A DNA stretch of 43,878 nt, taken from IMG/VR virus record IMGVR_UViG_3300037462_000290, positions 1 through 43,878 of that record, one strand, 5' to 3'. Each line of letters opens with the position of its first letter. The stretch's first letter is position 1. This DNA is from a virus (lineage: Duplodnaviria; Caudoviricetes). The notes beneath the pieces were generated by a model. It had not been told where the DNA came from, searched no databases, and was given only the letters and a program-made list of their open reading frames with translations. The position numbers and the translations under genes are program-made. Positions 43,248-43,878 of the stretch are shown here, one piece after another.

Positions 43248-43716
43248 GCCGGGCCTCGGTGCGGTTGCGGCGCTGGGCGGGCTTGGGGGCCGTGCGGCGC
43301 TTCGGGGTGGGGTCGGTGGTAGCGGCCTTGGCGGCGCGGCGGATGGCGCGCTTGGCGACGCCGATCTGCTGGCGCAGGGCCTTGCGGTGCTGCACCAGTT
43401 GCCAGGCGCGCAAGCAGTGCGGGCAGCCGGTGTCGGGGTCGCTGAGTCGGGCGGTGATTTCGTCGGTGGTGGGATTGCGCAGCGTCGATTCGGTGGGCCA
43501 GACGCCCTCGGTCATGGCGATGTGCATGTGGTGGCGCACGCGGCCGTTTTCGTCGAAGAAGGCGCGGTCGGTGCGCGGCCGGCGGTAGGACTCGGCCGAG
43601 ATCGGGCAGCGTTCCAGCGCGTCGTTGATGGCGCGCGTGGCGTCGCGCAGTTCGGTGGCGGCGCGGTCGTAGCGCACGCAGGCCTTGAGGGCGGCGGTGT
43701 CGCGCTTTGTGGTCAT
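43240..43716 (-). CDS. Hypothetical protein with CxxC
   Basis: 158 aa containing GCPHC. Confidence 0.6.
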   Translation of the reverse strand: MTTKRDTAALKACVRYDRAATELRDATRAINDALERCPISAESYRRPRTDRAFFDENGRVRHHMHIAMTEGVWPTESTLRNPTTDEITARLSDPDTGCPHCLRAWQLVQHRKALRQQIGVAKRAIRRAAKAATTDPTPKRRTAPKPAQRRNRTEARHD

Positions 43717-43878
43717 GCGGCGTGTTCCTGGGGCTCGGCGAGCGTGGCCGGCACTGCGACGGTGGCGCAGCGGGGGCGCTTGGCGGGTGGGCGGTGGCTG
43801 CGGCGGCGCCAGACGTCGCGGATGGCCTGCGGGGTGACGCCGTAGCGCTCGGCCAGCAGGCGGGCGAGGTTGGGCGTG
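43713..43878 (-). CDS. HNH-family protein, C-terminal part (continuation of 384-1)
   Basis: TPNLARLLAERYGVTPQAIRDVWRRR...QEHAA*, in frame with the left-end ORF through the terminal repeat. Confidence 0.75.
   Translation of the reverse strand, partial: TPNLARLLAERYGVTPQAIRDVWRRRSHRPPAKRPRCATVAVPATLAEPQEHAA
43827..43878. repeat. Right copy of 52-bp imperfect terminal direct repeat
   Basis: 49/52 identity with 1-52. Confidence 0.9.

Overview
The window looks like one full genome-length of a high-GC, lambda-like temperate siphophage. The host is probably a GC-rich proteobacterium; that assignment is inferred from composition and gene style only. The two ends share a 52-bp near-identical repeat inside one HNH-like gene, so the left early operon reads leftward from about 7,700 to base 1 and continues from 43,878 down to xis/int. 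Module order: left early operon (Dam-like methylase, antirepressor, many small ORFs); immunity region (OL, a lipoprotein, cI, OR, cro, cII-like); O/P-like replication genes with iterons; a cos-like site and terS/terL; a Mor-family activator; head genes; an expanded lysis/membrane cluster; tail genes; a non-coding structured region and DUF2845-like moron; attP with a tRNA-Ser(CGA) 3' core; integrase/excisionase; and a C5 methylase. The most unusual observations are: (1) portal, ClpP-type protease, scaffold and major capsid lie in one uninterrupted 1,259-codon frame with nested internal starts; (2) at least 16 early, regulatory or packaging proteins, and no called virion protein, end in Ala-Ala, resembling ClpXP degrons; (3) several multi-branched intergenic RNA structures, two displaying CsrA/RsmA-type GGA loops; (4) apparent late control by a Mor-like activator placed after terL rather than by a Q antiterminator. 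All calls come from reading motifs by eye; no database search was run.
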